Positions 39,345 to 49,470 of a DNA stretch of 64,000 nucleotides are shown piece after piece. Positions within the stretch are counted from its first letter, which is position 1, and each line of letters begins with the position of its first letter. Under the pieces are notes generated by a model. The model ran no database searches, had not been told where the DNA came from, and saw nothing but the letters and a program-made list of their open reading frames with translations. This stretch comes from Armatimonadota bacterium. GTDB lineage: Bacteria > Armatimonadota > SYMT01. A program made the position numbers and the translations under genes. Location of the stretch: contig JAWLHY010000011.1 of assembly GCA_041690135.1 (NCBI GenBank), positions 224,001-288,000 on the forward strand, given 5' to 3'.

Positions 39345-39743
39345 ATGCCCGGCGCATGCGTCCGTAGGGAAGTCCCCGAGGTATCTGGGCTCTGCAGAAA
39401 ACTATTGGATTTCGCCCCACCCCAAACCGGTACCGGCGAAGGATCTGAGAGGGGGCTTCTTGCCGAGGTAGCCCTCGGACTCCGGGCAGGGTTCAGGCTG
39501 TTAGCTGAGTTACCGGAAAGGGGCTCTAACACGTACGCCGGGCACGTGCCCGGACGCAGTCGTGGTAATCAAGACTCGATCATGAATCATGCCCGGAGTC
39601 CCCGAGATATCGGGGCACTGCAAAAGGCCTTTGGAATGCGCCCCACCCCAGAACGGTACCGGCAGAAGTCCGAGAAGAGGTTCGTTGCCGAGGTATCCCT
39701 CGGACTTCCAACGTCCTGGGGGCACCCGACGCATGCGCCGGGA
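39345..39743. repeat. Two ~120-bp imperfect palindromic elements in direct orientation
   Basis: AGTCCCCGAG.TATC..CGCCCCACCCCA..CGGTACCGGC..TTGCCGAGGTA.CCCTCGGACT at ~39372 and ~39597. Confidence 0.8.
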
Positions 39744-39834
39744 AAAGTACAAGATGCTGTCCTGTTTGCCAGGAAGGGGTTCTGGCGCGTGAGGCTCGTG
39801 TCGCCTCGCGAGCCGTTCTTAATCCCGGGCCGGG

Positions 39835-39860
39835 GTTTGGAGATGCGCCGAGGAGGGTAC
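39835..39860 (+). promoter_or_regulatory. Putative SigB/SigF-type promoter
   Basis: GTTT-N16-GGGTAC upstream of 39928. Confidence 0.5.
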
Positions 39861-39927
39861 TACGCGCATGACAACCACATATCTGCCGCAATGACAGCCA
39901 CGGGCGGGTGAGGCTAGGCCCCCACCC

Positions 39928-40242
39928 GTGGCTGTTCTTCCATTCACCGAGTTGTTAGTGGTGGACACGCAAAAGCCAAACCGACCGGCCATTCCCGACG
40001 ATGAGCTTCAGATCCTGCTGGCCTTAAGCTTCCTGGCGGACGAGTGCGCCGAGGAGGGAGACGCCGACGCCGGCTTCCGCAAGTTGCTGCACGGCCTCAA
40101 CCGGGCCTGTGCCGCCCGCCGCGCGGGCGCGGAGTGGGGCGCCGAGCTCCTGAACCGCTACAGCGAAGAGCTGATCGCCTTCGCGGCCCGCTACTGTCCC
40201 CGGCGGGTGGACGACGATCTCAAACCGCCGTCCATCCACTAA
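39928..40242 (+). CDS. Small helical hypothetical protein (paralog family member 2)
   Basis: GC3-rich coding pattern; similarity to 23156..23374 and 43472..43696. Confidence 0.8.
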   Translation: MAVLPFTELLVVDTQKPNRPAIPDDELQILLALSFLADECAEEGDADAGFRKLLHGLNRACAARRAGAEWGAELLNRYSEELIAFAARYCPRRVDDDLKPPSIH

Positions 40243-40264
40243 GACCCGTAAGACCCGGGGTTAT

Positions 40265-42577
40265 CTACATTTCCCCCACCACCATGGAGTGCACGTCGAG
40301 GCGGGGGACGATCACCGTGGTGCCGGCCGCAGACCGCTTCACGGGGAGCGTTTTCCCTTCCGGCTCCAGGCGGACGCGCTTGAAGCGGTACTCCGGCCGG
40401 AAGGTGACCTGGATGTCGTGGATCGGCACCACTTCTTCCCGGAGCGGAACGTCGTCCGTGGCGAGCGCGTGGTGGGCCGTGGTGTTCAGGTCGTTGAACA
40501 GGTGGACGATCACCCGCTCCGCCTTCCCCTTCTTCTGCCGCATCACGGTGGAATGGACGCACATCGGCGCGGTGATCTCCACCGGGCGCGGGGCGGAAGC
40601 GGCCCACTCCACGGCGTGGCGCAGGGCGAGTCGCTGGTAGGGATAGGCGTAGAGGTAGTAGCCGGAGTCGAGCCCCGCCGCGAAGTAGACTACCTTCCCT
40701 TTGCCGTGGGTCCGGCTGACTACGCCCGGCAGCTCCGCGGCGCCCGCCACGCCTTTCGCAACCAGGGTGCCGGCTACCCGCGCCTGCGGGTCCTTCCGGG
40801 CGACCCGGACGGCGGCTCCCTTGAAGGTGACCGGTTGGTCGCCCACGTAAGTCTTCATCCGGCCCTGGTTCAGGAACGAGGAGACGTCCTGCTTGAAATC
40901 GAAGACGTTCTTCCGCTTCTCCCAGTAGTCGGGCGGAATCGCCTGGGCAAAGTTGACGTCGAGCTCCGCCTTCGGCCCCGCCGCGGTGTCGGGAATCCCC
41001 TGGTAATCCACCCCCAGCACGGAGCCCAGCGCGAAGTTCTTGCGCGGGTTGCCGTACTCATCGAACAGCGAGGTGTCGAGGCTGGCGACCAGCCCGCCGC
41101 CGTTCCGGACGAACTGCTCCACCGCGGCCACCTGCGCGTCGTCGAGGCAGGCGGTGTTGGGGAGGATCAGCACCTTATACCGGGCGAGGTCGGCGGCATT
41201 GAGGTTCCAATCGTTGATCACCGTGATGGGTAGGTGCTCCTCCACCGCGGCCCGGAAGGCGCCGAAGACGTGCGACATGTAGCGCTCTTCTACGAGACCG
41301 GCGGACCGGCCGTAGAAGTTACGGGTGTTGTCGCTCATCACCAGGGCGGCCCAAGGCTCCGGGCTTTTGTGGGTGAGCCACGGCTTGCGGCGCTGCAGCT
41401 CATCCATGCAGCGGTACAGCTCCTCCTGCAGGTGAGGGGGCTGGATAACCGCGATGCTGGGAGAGGCGCCGTAGGTGAGCGCCAGCATCATCCGCCGCAG
41501 TATCTCCTGCGGCGGGAAGCTGTCCTTGCCGTAGGGATTGCCGTGGCTGAGGAGGTATGGCTCGCTGAACGCCACCCGGTGGTTGGTGACCGCCCACATG
41601 TAAGCATTGGCGAAAGCGGGAACAATGGTGGTGCCGCGGTTCGTTTCGTCCAGCCAAAACTCCTGGTCCGGCGCGTCGAGCAGCAGGTTCATCCGCGCCG
41701 GCATGTTCCGGGGGATGCTGAGGAAGTGCCCGAACCGGCCGGCGTTGGTGGTCCAGGACACCAGCGCCACGTCCGGCTTGATCCCCTTGAGGCGGGTCTG
41801 CATCCGCTGGATCAGGTTCTCCATCCGCCGGTCCGCCCAGTGCTGGTAGCGGCGGAAGGCCGGGTCGTTCAGATCGGGGTTGGGGATCTCCGCGCCCGTA
41901 TCTTTCCGGTAGTTGTCCCGGCAGAATCCGCAGTAGCAGACACCCCCATAGTGGAGACCGTCGAAGCTGAAGGCGTCCACCTGTGGGTACTTCGTGAGGA
42001 TTTCCGCCCCCACCTCGATGAAGAAGTCGCCGTAGGGGCCCAGCAGGCAGAGCATGCCGCCGTGCGGGTACTGCTTCAGGTCGATGGAGGGGATCTCGCG
42101 GGTGTTGGTCGCGATCCGCCGCCACTCCGGATGGTCCTCGTACACCTCTCCCTGGAGACACGGCGGGTAGGTAGCCAGGATACGCACTCCCAACCGCTGG
42201 TATTCCGCTATGTCCTTCTCCACCTTGCCCGGGGGCACGTGCGGGCTGCGGCGCTTGAACAGCTTGCTGTCGTAGTAGGCATAGAAGGGGTCCACAAACC
42301 CCAGCTCACTGAGCGTGACCCCATGCTTCGCCGCGGCCTCCCGTGCCTTCGTATTCATCACGGAAAGGGTGTAGCCGCAGCCGACCGTCTCCTGCAGCCA
42401 GTCCGGCACGCGCACCTGCCGGAACGGAGCGGTGTCGAACGGCTGCGCCATGATCGGGGCGTCCCAGATTGCCCTCGGCGCGGCGGCCTTCTTTTCCGTG
42501 ACCGTTTTCTCGGCGGAACCGGCAACCGCGGTGAGGACGGAGCAGAGGAGCAGCAGGCAGAAGGGTGTGTGTCGCAT
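40265..42577 (-). CDS. Exported putative glycoside hydrolase (GHL6/GH42-like TIM barrel plus trimerization domain)
   Basis: Signal peptide; HPEWR, FSFDG..CYC..C; LARYKVLILPNTACL..FVRNGGGLVA; HGKGKVVY. Confidence 0.8.
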   Translation of the reverse strand: MRHTPFCLLLLCSVLTAVAGSAEKTVTEKKAAAPRAIWDAPIMAQPFDTAPFRQVRVPDWLQETVGCGYTLSVMNTKAREAAAKHGVTLSELGFVDPFYAYYDSKLFKRRSPHVPPGKVEKDIAEYQRLGVRILATYPPCLQGEVYEDHPEWRRIATNTREIPSIDLKQYPHGGMLCLLGPYGDFFIEVGAEILTKYPQVDAFSFDGLHYGGVCYCGFCRDNYRKDTGAEIPNPDLNDPAFRRYQHWADRRMENLIQRMQTRLKGIKPDVALVSWTTNAGRFGHFLSIPRNMPARMNLLLDAPDQEFWLDETNRGTTIVPAFANAYMWAVTNHRVAFSEPYLLSHGNPYGKDSFPPQEILRRMMLALTYGASPSIAVIQPPHLQEELYRCMDELQRRKPWLTHKSPEPWAALVMSDNTRNFYGRSAGLVEERYMSHVFGAFRAAVEEHLPITVINDWNLNAADLARYKVLILPNTACLDDAQVAAVEQFVRNGGGLVASLDTSLFDEYGNPRKNFALGSVLGVDYQGIPDTAAGPKAELDVNFAQAIPPDYWEKRKNVFDFKQDVSSFLNQGRMKTYVGDQPVTFKGAAVRVARKDPQARVAGTLVAKGVAGAAELPGVVSRTHGKGKVVYFAAGLDSGYYLYAYPYQRLALRHAVEWAASAPRPVEITAPMCVHSTVMRQKKGKAERVIVHLFNDLNTTAHHALATDDVPLREEVVPIHDIQVTFRPEYRFKRVRLEPEGKTLPVKRSAAGTTVIVPRLDVHSMVVGEM

Positions 42578-42859
42578 GAGATGAGCGTGGGATCGCGGCT
42601 GGACGGCCCCGGTGCCGCCGGGGGGTTGTGAAACCGCACTGCGGTGGAGGTTTCAGTAACAGCCGTCCCCTAGTCTCAATCCACACCCCACCAGGTAGGG
42701 GATCCCAGCAGACAACGAGAATCCTTTCCTGCGGATTCCGTGCCGGAGTCACGACCCACACCCTGCTACGGGTGGGTTCGGAACCTTCATCTGCGGTCAT
42801 CTGTGGACTTACCGGCTCCCAACCGCACTCCCCCAGCAGGGGAGAGATAGAAACCACGC

Positions 42860-43246
42860 ATGCGGCTCCAGCGGAAACAGTACTCCACCAAACCGGAAGA
42901 TCTCAACGAGGTTACGGGGCGACAACTCGCAGCGGCGCGGGCCGCCGATGCGGCCTGGAGAGCGGAACAGCACGGGATATGGGCACGCCGCGTGTGGCGG
43001 GCCAGGCGGGTGGAGGTGGGCATCCACCGCTATCTTGGCATTGCATATCCTGTCGCTATCTATGGAATCTGGGCGGTGTTGGCCGTCACGGTGTATTACA
43101 AGCGGCCGATCTACTGGCTGTTCTACGCGTGGCTGGGGATCATCGCTTCTGTCTTGCTGGGGTTGGCCGCCATGTTCCTGGCAAGCGCGGCTCAGCGCAG
43201 GATCCGGCGGGCCGCGAAAGGCGAAGGGGTGGACCTTGGTGCGTGA
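42860..43246 (+). CDS. Hypothetical membrane protein
   Basis: GGAGA upstream; two hydrophobic helices. Confidence 0.55.
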   Translation: MRLQRKQYSTKPEDLNEVTGRQLAAARAADAAWRAEQHGIWARRVWRARRVEVGIHRYLGIAYPVAIYGIWAVLAVTVYYKRPIYWLFYAWLGIIASVLLGLAAMFLASAAQRRIRRAAKGEGVDLGA

Positions 43247-43471
43247 GGGCGTACCGACCCGCCCGGTGTGACCACGGTCTCTCTTCGATCTTACAAAAGG
43301 CCGGCTTTCGGATATACTCCTCGTAGATCATTCGGATTCTTCCCGATACTGTGTTTCAGGATTCTGTCCCGATAGTCGCCTCCCGACGGTGGTCACGGTA
43401 CCTGCAAACCAGCCCCGAGCGCCTCCGGATGGCGAGCATCTCTCTTTGGACGAGCCGCGGGAGGTTTCTCC

Positions 43472-43696
43472 ATGTTTCCCAGACGGGAGTACGCCACCCT
43501 GCGGAGACTCGCCCGACTGGCGGTAGCAATGGCACGCAAGGGCCAACCGGCGGCGGGTTATGTTTCCCTCTGTTGCGGTCTCGGTCGCGCGATGGCACTC
43601 CGGGATGCGGGCGAACCCTGGGGCGAGACCCTGGTCGCCCAGTATCAGCGCACCCAGGATGAATACGCCCACCGTTACGAGGTAGCGCGGGAATGA
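43472..43696 (+). CDS. Small helical hypothetical protein (paralog family member 3)
   Basis: RBS GGGAGG; similarity to the other two members. Confidence 0.8.
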   Translation: MFPRREYATLRRLARLAVAMARKGQPAAGYVSLCCGLGRAMALRDAGEPWGETLVAQYQRTQDEYAHRYEVARE

Positions 43697-43794
43697 GGCG
43701 CACGCGCACGGCAGGCGGGAGGTAGGGAAAGCGGGGCCTTGGGGTAGCCCGAAACGCCGAGCGACGGGAAGTGTGAACGGAAGGAAAGAGCCTT

Positions 43795-44037
43795 ATGGAC
43801 CGGATGGAGATGACGGGGACCTTGCATCGGCTGGTGGCGGAGTTGTACGACGGAGGACCGGTGCCCGCGGCGGAAGGCGGTCGCCTTTTTCACGAGATCT
43901 GTGAGGCGCGGCGGCGTGAGGACGACCTTTTCTGGACGGAGCGGCGCCTGGTAGACTTGGCCCGGGAACTCGGATACTGGCCCTGGACCGTGGCGCAGAT
44001 CGGCACGGCGGCGCACCCCGCGCTTCGCGATTTCTGA
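43795..44037 (+). CDS. Hypothetical protein
   Basis: AAGGA upstream; plausible codon usage; no motif recognised. Confidence 0.5.
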   Translation: MDRMEMTGTLHRLVAELYDGGPVPAAEGGRLFHEICEARRREDDLFWTERRLVDLARELGYWPWTVAQIGTAAHPALRDF

Positions 44038-44076
44038 CGACGACACGCGGCCGGCGCCATCCGATTCGCCGCGACA

Positions 44077-44105
44077 TTGCTATTACGGCGTCGATCTGTT
44101 ATACT
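44077..44105 (+). promoter_or_regulatory. sigma70 promoter with extended -10
   Basis: TTGCTA-N17-TATACT with TGn. Confidence 0.7.
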
Positions 44106-44331
44106 CCGTATGTCAAGTTCAGATCGAGTTCGTACAGCATTACCGTTCCGGAAGACGAGGCCCGTCTCGCTAGTGCTTTGCAAGCCTGGCGTACGGCCTT
44201 TTTTGTTTGCCTTCTGCAGCCAGTTCGCGGCGGACCCTCTCTGTTTGGACCCCATGTGGCTCGGGATGAGCCGCCTTTTTCCCGTTGAGCCGTCACTTCT
44301 TGAAGGGGTCGAACAACGGAGAGGAAACAAA

Positions 44332-44640
44332 ATGAGCAAGCGACTTTTCGTCGGCAACCTGTCCTGGAACATGTCCGAAACGGATCTGCAGACCGCCTTC
44401 GCCCCTTATGGCGCGACGACCGCCACCATCCCGACCGATTACGATGGCCGGGGTAAGGGCTTTGGGTTCGTGGATGTGGGTGAGGACCAGATGAACGCCG
44501 CCATCTCCGCGATGAACGGCAAGGAGATCGACGGCCGCGCCATCAACGTTAACGAAGCCCGCCCGCGCCCCGAGCGCAGCGCCGGCGGCTCCGGTAGCTA
44601 CGGTGGCGGCAACTCCGGCCGCGGCGGCCGGCGCTGGTAA
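44332..44640 (+). CDS. RNA-binding protein (RRM, Gly-rich tail)
   Basis: LFVGNL (RNP2), KGFGFV (RNP1), GRAINVNEARPR. Confidence 0.95.
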   Translation: MSKRLFVGNLSWNMSETDLQTAFAPYGATTATIPTDYDGRGKGFGFVDVGEDQMNAAISAMNGKEIDGRAINVNEARPRPERSAGGSGSYGGGNSGRGGRRW

Positions 44641-44665
44641 GCCCTACCGTTTCCAACGGTTCAAA

Positions 44666-44700
44666 GGAAGACCCGTCTCCTATAAGGGGACGGGTCTTCC
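44666..44700 (+). terminator. Hairpin after RRM gene
   Basis: GGAAGACCCGTCTCC/GGGGACGGGTCTTCC. Confidence 0.65.
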
Positions 44701-44842
44701 TGGCTTTAGTCTCCGGCTCGCGCCGCAATCCTCTTACCGGAAAGCTCCGGGCATAGGGATTTCCTATCGTTTTCTTTTCTTCCCCATCGCCTGTATGAAC
44801 CGGCCTTAGCCGGAAGACGACCGGGTCGGGAGCACCCTACAG

Positions 44843-45706
44843 ATGACACAGAATAGTCCGTGCCTGGCCCGGGTCGAGGAGCACGTTTCCGCCTACCTCG
44901 CCGCCAACGACCACACCGGTTACAACCGGTTTGAGGACTTCCCTTGGGACACGCTGAAGGACAGCGTGCAGCAGTCGAACCTCACCGAACTCCACATCGG
45001 CGCGGTCGAAACCGCCATGCTGGTGGAAGACCATATACCCGGCTACGCGTCCGAATACGTCCGCCTCTTCATGACCCACGCGGACCGCGCGGATGACGAG
45101 GCGTGGACCTGTCGCCAGATGCTGCACTTCGTCTTTCGCTGGGTCGCGGAGGAGGACCGGCACGCGCACTGCCTGGAGTTGTGGCTGCGCCATTCGGGAC
45201 GACGCGACGCGCAGGCCCTCACCCAACTGATGGTGACCGAGGGCAAGAAGCCGTACACCGTTCCCCACGATGACCCCACCCAGTTGTTCACGTATACGGC
45301 CATCCAGGAAAAGGCCACGCAGCTCTATTACTCGTGCCTGCGCGGAGCCACGGACGAACCCGTGCTGCGGGCCGTACTGGCCCGGCTGGCACAAGACGAG
45401 GCGCGGCACTGTCATTTCTTCAGCCAGTTCGTGCTGGACGCCCTGGGAAGTGCGACCTCCACGCAGGTCGCCCAGATGAAGGAAGTGCTGGAAGGCTTCA
45501 GCATGCCCCTGGCGATGATGCTGGAGAACTACAAGCGCAAGGCGATCCAGATGCGCCGCGCGGCCGGTGGTTACGACTACCGCGACGCGCTCGAGCACTT
45601 CAGCCGGCTGGTGAAACGTTCTCTGGAAGTGCGGACGAGCGAGGGCGGAGCAGCCCTCGAGGAACTGTTGCTGTTCACCCGGTCCATGCAGCCCCAGAAG
45701 CGTTGA
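44843..45706 (+). CDS. Acyl-ACP desaturase-like / ferritin-like di-iron protein
   Basis: VEDHIPGY, WVAEEDRH, YTAIQEKAT, LAQDEARH. Confidence 0.85.
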   Translation: MTQNSPCLARVEEHVSAYLAANDHTGYNRFEDFPWDTLKDSVQQSNLTELHIGAVETAMLVEDHIPGYASEYVRLFMTHADRADDEAWTCRQMLHFVFRWVAEEDRHAHCLELWLRHSGRRDAQALTQLMVTEGKKPYTVPHDDPTQLFTYTAIQEKATQLYYSCLRGATDEPVLRAVLARLAQDEARHCHFFSQFVLDALGSATSTQVAQMKEVLEGFSMPLAMMLENYKRKAIQMRRAAGGYDYRDALEHFSRLVKRSLEVRTSEGGAALEELLLFTRSMQPQKR

Positions 45707-46210
45707 TTTCCGACGCCCAGGACGGGTGTGGTGCCGTATGCTTGCCGGTGGTGAGCGACCGGGGGCGCGATTTCCGCGAGCATTACGGGCGCGGTCCATG
45801 ACCAATGACGTGGACCGATAGCCCCTCATGCGCGTACCGGGACCCACGGGGACAAGCCCCTCTGCTACCTTCCGTGATCAGATGGGTAGTCGAGAAGACT
45901 CCAACGAATTGCCGGCGCAGGTCGGGGCGGGGGGCCTGCCCACAACTCCCCAACCCGCCCCAGACCTCACGTTTCACGTTTCACGCACTGGTCCGAAGTT
46001 GCCCCCCTGCCACCGGCGCTATCCCGCACGTGGCACTCACGCAATACGCAATACGCATCACGTCCTCGCCCGAGGCTACAGCCCTAGGCCACGCACGCAC
46101 CCCGGCACGCACGCACCCCGGCACGTACCCCTACGCATCACGCATTATGCCAGCCCATGCCCGAGGCCGCCGTGCTGTAACCGACTGGTTCACTGCACGA
46201 ACACTGCGCT

Positions 46211-48028
46211 CTAAGGTGCGTAGTAATGCCACTTGTAGCCCAATTCCTGGCTCTTGCCGGGGTCCAGCTTCACGTCCCAGGTGATCCGGGCCACGCCGTT
46301 GCGGGCGTGCCACCAGTAAGGCCAGTTGTACCAGGACCACCAGTACGGGCGGTGCTCGCCGGGCGCGTAAGAGTCGTCCTCGAACACGTTGACCTTCTCC
46401 ACCTTGCCGTCGTGGCTCGCGCTGTCCACGTTCCCCAGCACGTGGCGGGTCACTTCGACTTCTACCGGCTGTCCCCGGCGGTTCGTGAGCGTGATGGATC
46501 CCTCCAGTTCCACCTTCGTCAGATGCGTGCCGTTGTGGTTGACGGCGTTCGGAGTGCGCGCGGTCTCGCGGTCGCGTTTCCGGACGGAAATATCCAGCGC
46601 CGGGTTCACGGTCACGTCCACGTCGCCGCCTGGGGAGGTATAGGTCATCGTGCCCTGCGCGAGCACCTGATCTCCCTTGAGGATCAGCGCGGGCGCCGTG
46701 GTGAACGGCTGCTGAGTGCTGTTGGAGAGGCGGATCTTGTGCATCACCTTCGGAGCACTCAGCATGCGGGCCAGCTCGTTCTGCTGCTCGCTGTTGAGAC
46801 TGCCGCGGACTTCCGGCGGGGGCGCAAACGGCAGGTCCAGGGTGAACACGTCGCGGTACTTCACCCGGTATTCGTTCACCGGCAGCACCATCCGCTGGCC
46901 CTTTTTGAGGGTAATGTTCCGGACGGTGAACACGAAGAGGTTCTCCGCTTTGCTTGAGCCGGCAACTTCCGGGCCCAGGTCTCCCGGCGGCTGGTCGGAC
47001 GGAAGCGTACCGCGGTCTTCGCCAAAACGGCCGGCACCCATACCACCGGCCACCTGCGACATCATGGCGTTCGAGAGAGCGAATTGGGTCCGCACGCCCT
47101 GCTGGAAGTGCTGGCCGAGCTGCGCCACGGACTGCTGCAGGCCGATCGGGTCCGGCATGTCCTGGAAAGCGAAGGAGGGCACGCCCACTACCAGGTTGGC
47201 GGTGGCGTCGCGGAGGTCGGTCAACTCGTTGATCAGGGTCGCCTGGAGTTGCACCACGGCATTCCCGGCGCCGTCGATCGTTACCTTGTAGTGCGGAATC
47301 CAGCGGAGACCCTTCTGGAGGTAGAGCATCCCCACGGAAGCCTGGGGCTGCCGCGCCTTCCCCTGCCAATCGAGCCGCAGCGTGAGCAGGTGGCGGAACT
47401 CCTCGTTCGTCACCTTCAGGCCGTGTTCGTTCTTGAAGGTCACGTCCTGGATGCGCTCCACGGGTACCGCCTTGACGCCGCGACTGGTCCGCAGCAGCAG
47501 GAGGTTACCCTTCACCGGGAGCGCCTCGCCCATGTTCGGCGGGTTCGTCGCTTCCAGCTCTGCGGAGGTCCGCTCCGTGAAGCCGAGGATCACCGCGTCG
47601 TACTTCTCCCCGCCCAGTTCCGTTACCGAGACGGAGGCGCCCTCGTTCGCCTCGATTAACTCCCGGAGATTGAGGGCCGTCCGCTCCACCGCCAGCCGGC
47701 GGGGACTGGCCACCACTGCGGAGAGCTTCACCCCCGGCTCGCTCGCGTACGGCCAGAAGGTCCCCAGGACGGGCGCGGGGAGGTAGTCCATCACCACGTT
47801 TCCGGCATCGTCCACCGGCATGCGTCCCTCGTGGAGCACGAAGGCGTGGCCATCCTTGAAGACCGTCACTTCCTTCACCGGCAGCTTCGCGAGAGCGCTG
47901 GCTTTCGGCACGGCCTCCGCCGGGGCCGCGACTGCCGGGCGAGGCATGGGGCGCGCACCCTGGGCGTGCACGGCGCCGGCGGCCAGGACCAGGACCAAGC
48001 CGAGCGAAAGATAGCGGGGCGAATGCAT
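46211..48028 (-). CDS. Exported DUF4139/DUF4140-like protein
   Basis: RBS AAGGAG; signal peptide; VTVFKDG; YLQKGLRWIPHY; TLKKGQR; W.VKLDPGKSQEL.Y. Confidence 0.75.
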   Translation of the reverse strand: MHSPRYLSLGLVLVLAAGAVHAQGARPMPRPAVAAPAEAVPKASALAKLPVKEVTVFKDGHAFVLHEGRMPVDDAGNVVMDYLPAPVLGTFWPYASEPGVKLSAVVASPRRLAVERTALNLRELIEANEGASVSVTELGGEKYDAVILGFTERTSAELEATNPPNMGEALPVKGNLLLLRTSRGVKAVPVERIQDVTFKNEHGLKVTNEEFRHLLTLRLDWQGKARQPQASVGMLYLQKGLRWIPHYKVTIDGAGNAVVQLQATLINELTDLRDATANLVVGVPSFAFQDMPDPIGLQQSVAQLGQHFQQGVRTQFALSNAMMSQVAGGMGAGRFGEDRGTLPSDQPPGDLGPEVAGSSKAENLFVFTVRNITLKKGQRMVLPVNEYRVKYRDVFTLDLPFAPPPEVRGSLNSEQQNELARMLSAPKVMHKIRLSNSTQQPFTTAPALILKGDQVLAQGTMTYTSPGGDVDVTVNPALDISVRKRDRETARTPNAVNHNGTHLTKVELEGSITLTNRRGQPVEVEVTRHVLGNVDSASHDGKVEKVNVFEDDSYAPGEHRPYWWSWYNWPYWWHARNGVARITWDVKLDPGKSQELGYKWHYYAP

Positions 48029-48580
48029 GGCGGGGCTCCTTCCAACTCCAGCGGTGACACCGGTTGGACGCTGGAGGGTGGGGGTGGGGTTACACCCGGA
48101 AAGGGGTGTTTGTGGGCATTCGGCGTTCAGGCGTTGGGCGTTCAGGCATTGGGCGTTGGGCGTGGTGCAGGAGCGCGGACGTCCCGTCCGCCCGTGTTCG
48201 GGTGTTCGGGCACCCCTGTGGGGCGTAAATGTTCGGGTGTTCGGGTGTTCAGGCGGTGAAGTCAGGGCCTGTTCCAGGCTCACCGATCTTGTGGGGGGCG
48301 CAGACCCACCAGCCTGAACTTCCGTCGTCCTATGGGCACAAGTTCCAGGTCCGGCTGGGCCTCCTCAGCCGCTGACGCGAGGAGTTGCCGGACCCACCGG
48401 TCGATCTCGGGGCCAAGCAAGAAGGGGCTGGTCTTCCAGAAGTCCCTTGAGAGCTCACATCGATAGGCAACGCCGCCGCCCGCCTATGCGGGGTGGAGCC
48501 GATAGCCACATTTCAACTACCACCCCCCGCCGCGAGCAGACTTACTCACTCAGGTTCCGTCCAGCCCGCGTTACTCCACC

Positions 48581-49081
48581 TCAATCATTGCCAGCGACCG
48601 CATGGTATTGCCCTAGCTGTGGCAGGTACTCGACTGTCCGCAAGCCACTGCGGACGGAACTCTGTTTCGAGTTGCCTGACGGAAGCGAGCCCGATGGCAG
48701 GGTGGAGTCGTGGCTCGCACGGTACCGGAAGGCGCCGTCATTGGCTCCGGGTGCGGAACCATTTTCCTTCCAGATTTGTTTCACCCAGGTCGAGGGCGGC
48801 GTTGTATCCGGAAGCGTGAACCGGATCGTGTATAAGGATGAACCATACATATCCTTCTCCTCACTCACATAGATCAGGCGGCTCTCCGGAGGAAGCCAGG
48901 CGTAGTGACGGACCTCCTTCTGATAGAAGGCCTGGGCATCTCTCTTGTGATACCGGGGCATCCCTTGGAACGAGAGGTAAACTGCTGCTACAACAAAGGG
49001 CATCAAGAGGAAGGTGGCGGCGATAGACAGGATGGCGCCCCCTACAAGAGCCATGTCGCGCCTGGCGTGTTCGCTTATCAT
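48581..49081 (-). CDS. Hypothetical membrane-anchored protein
   Basis: N-terminal TM, lower GC. Confidence 0.55.
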   Translation of the reverse strand: MISEHARRDMALVGGAILSIAATFLLMPFVVAAVYLSFQGMPRYHKRDAQAFYQKEVRHYAWLPPESRLIYVSEEKDMYGSSLYTIRFTLPDTTPPSTWVKQIWKENGSAPGANDGAFRYRASHDSTLPSGSLPSGNSKQSSVRSGLRTVEYLPQLGQYHAVAGND

Positions 49082-49470
49082 TGGAGAGTTGCGCCTTTCC
49101 CGTGGAAGCCTCTTTCGGAGTCAGAGTCGCTTCTCGTTCCCCTCTGCGCTTAACCCCGGAGAGTGGTGCGGTTTCGGGGCCCCTCTGTGTCGAAGCCGAA
49201 CCCCTCCTGCACCAACGGGGATCAGGCTTCTACCTTACGTCTCTCTGTAGCCCTCCGGAGCTGTTTTTTTACAGGCACCAGTTCCGGGCGCTCGCCCCCC
49301 CGGCTCACGAGCGGACTGCTGTTTTCTCCCTCCCCTCCGGGGCTACGAATCGCCTCGTACCACCAGGTGGGCCGCACTGTGCAGTCTCCCGTGCAGAGCC
49401 ATCGGTTTTGCTCCTATGTAAAACACAAGAGTCGTTCGATTCAGGTACTGGCGATTCACAGGAAAGCAGT

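Noticed and set aside
39345-39743. Long hairpins as integron attC sites
   Set aside because: No RYYYAAC/GTTRRRY ends at the arms, no cassette ORF between them, no integrase
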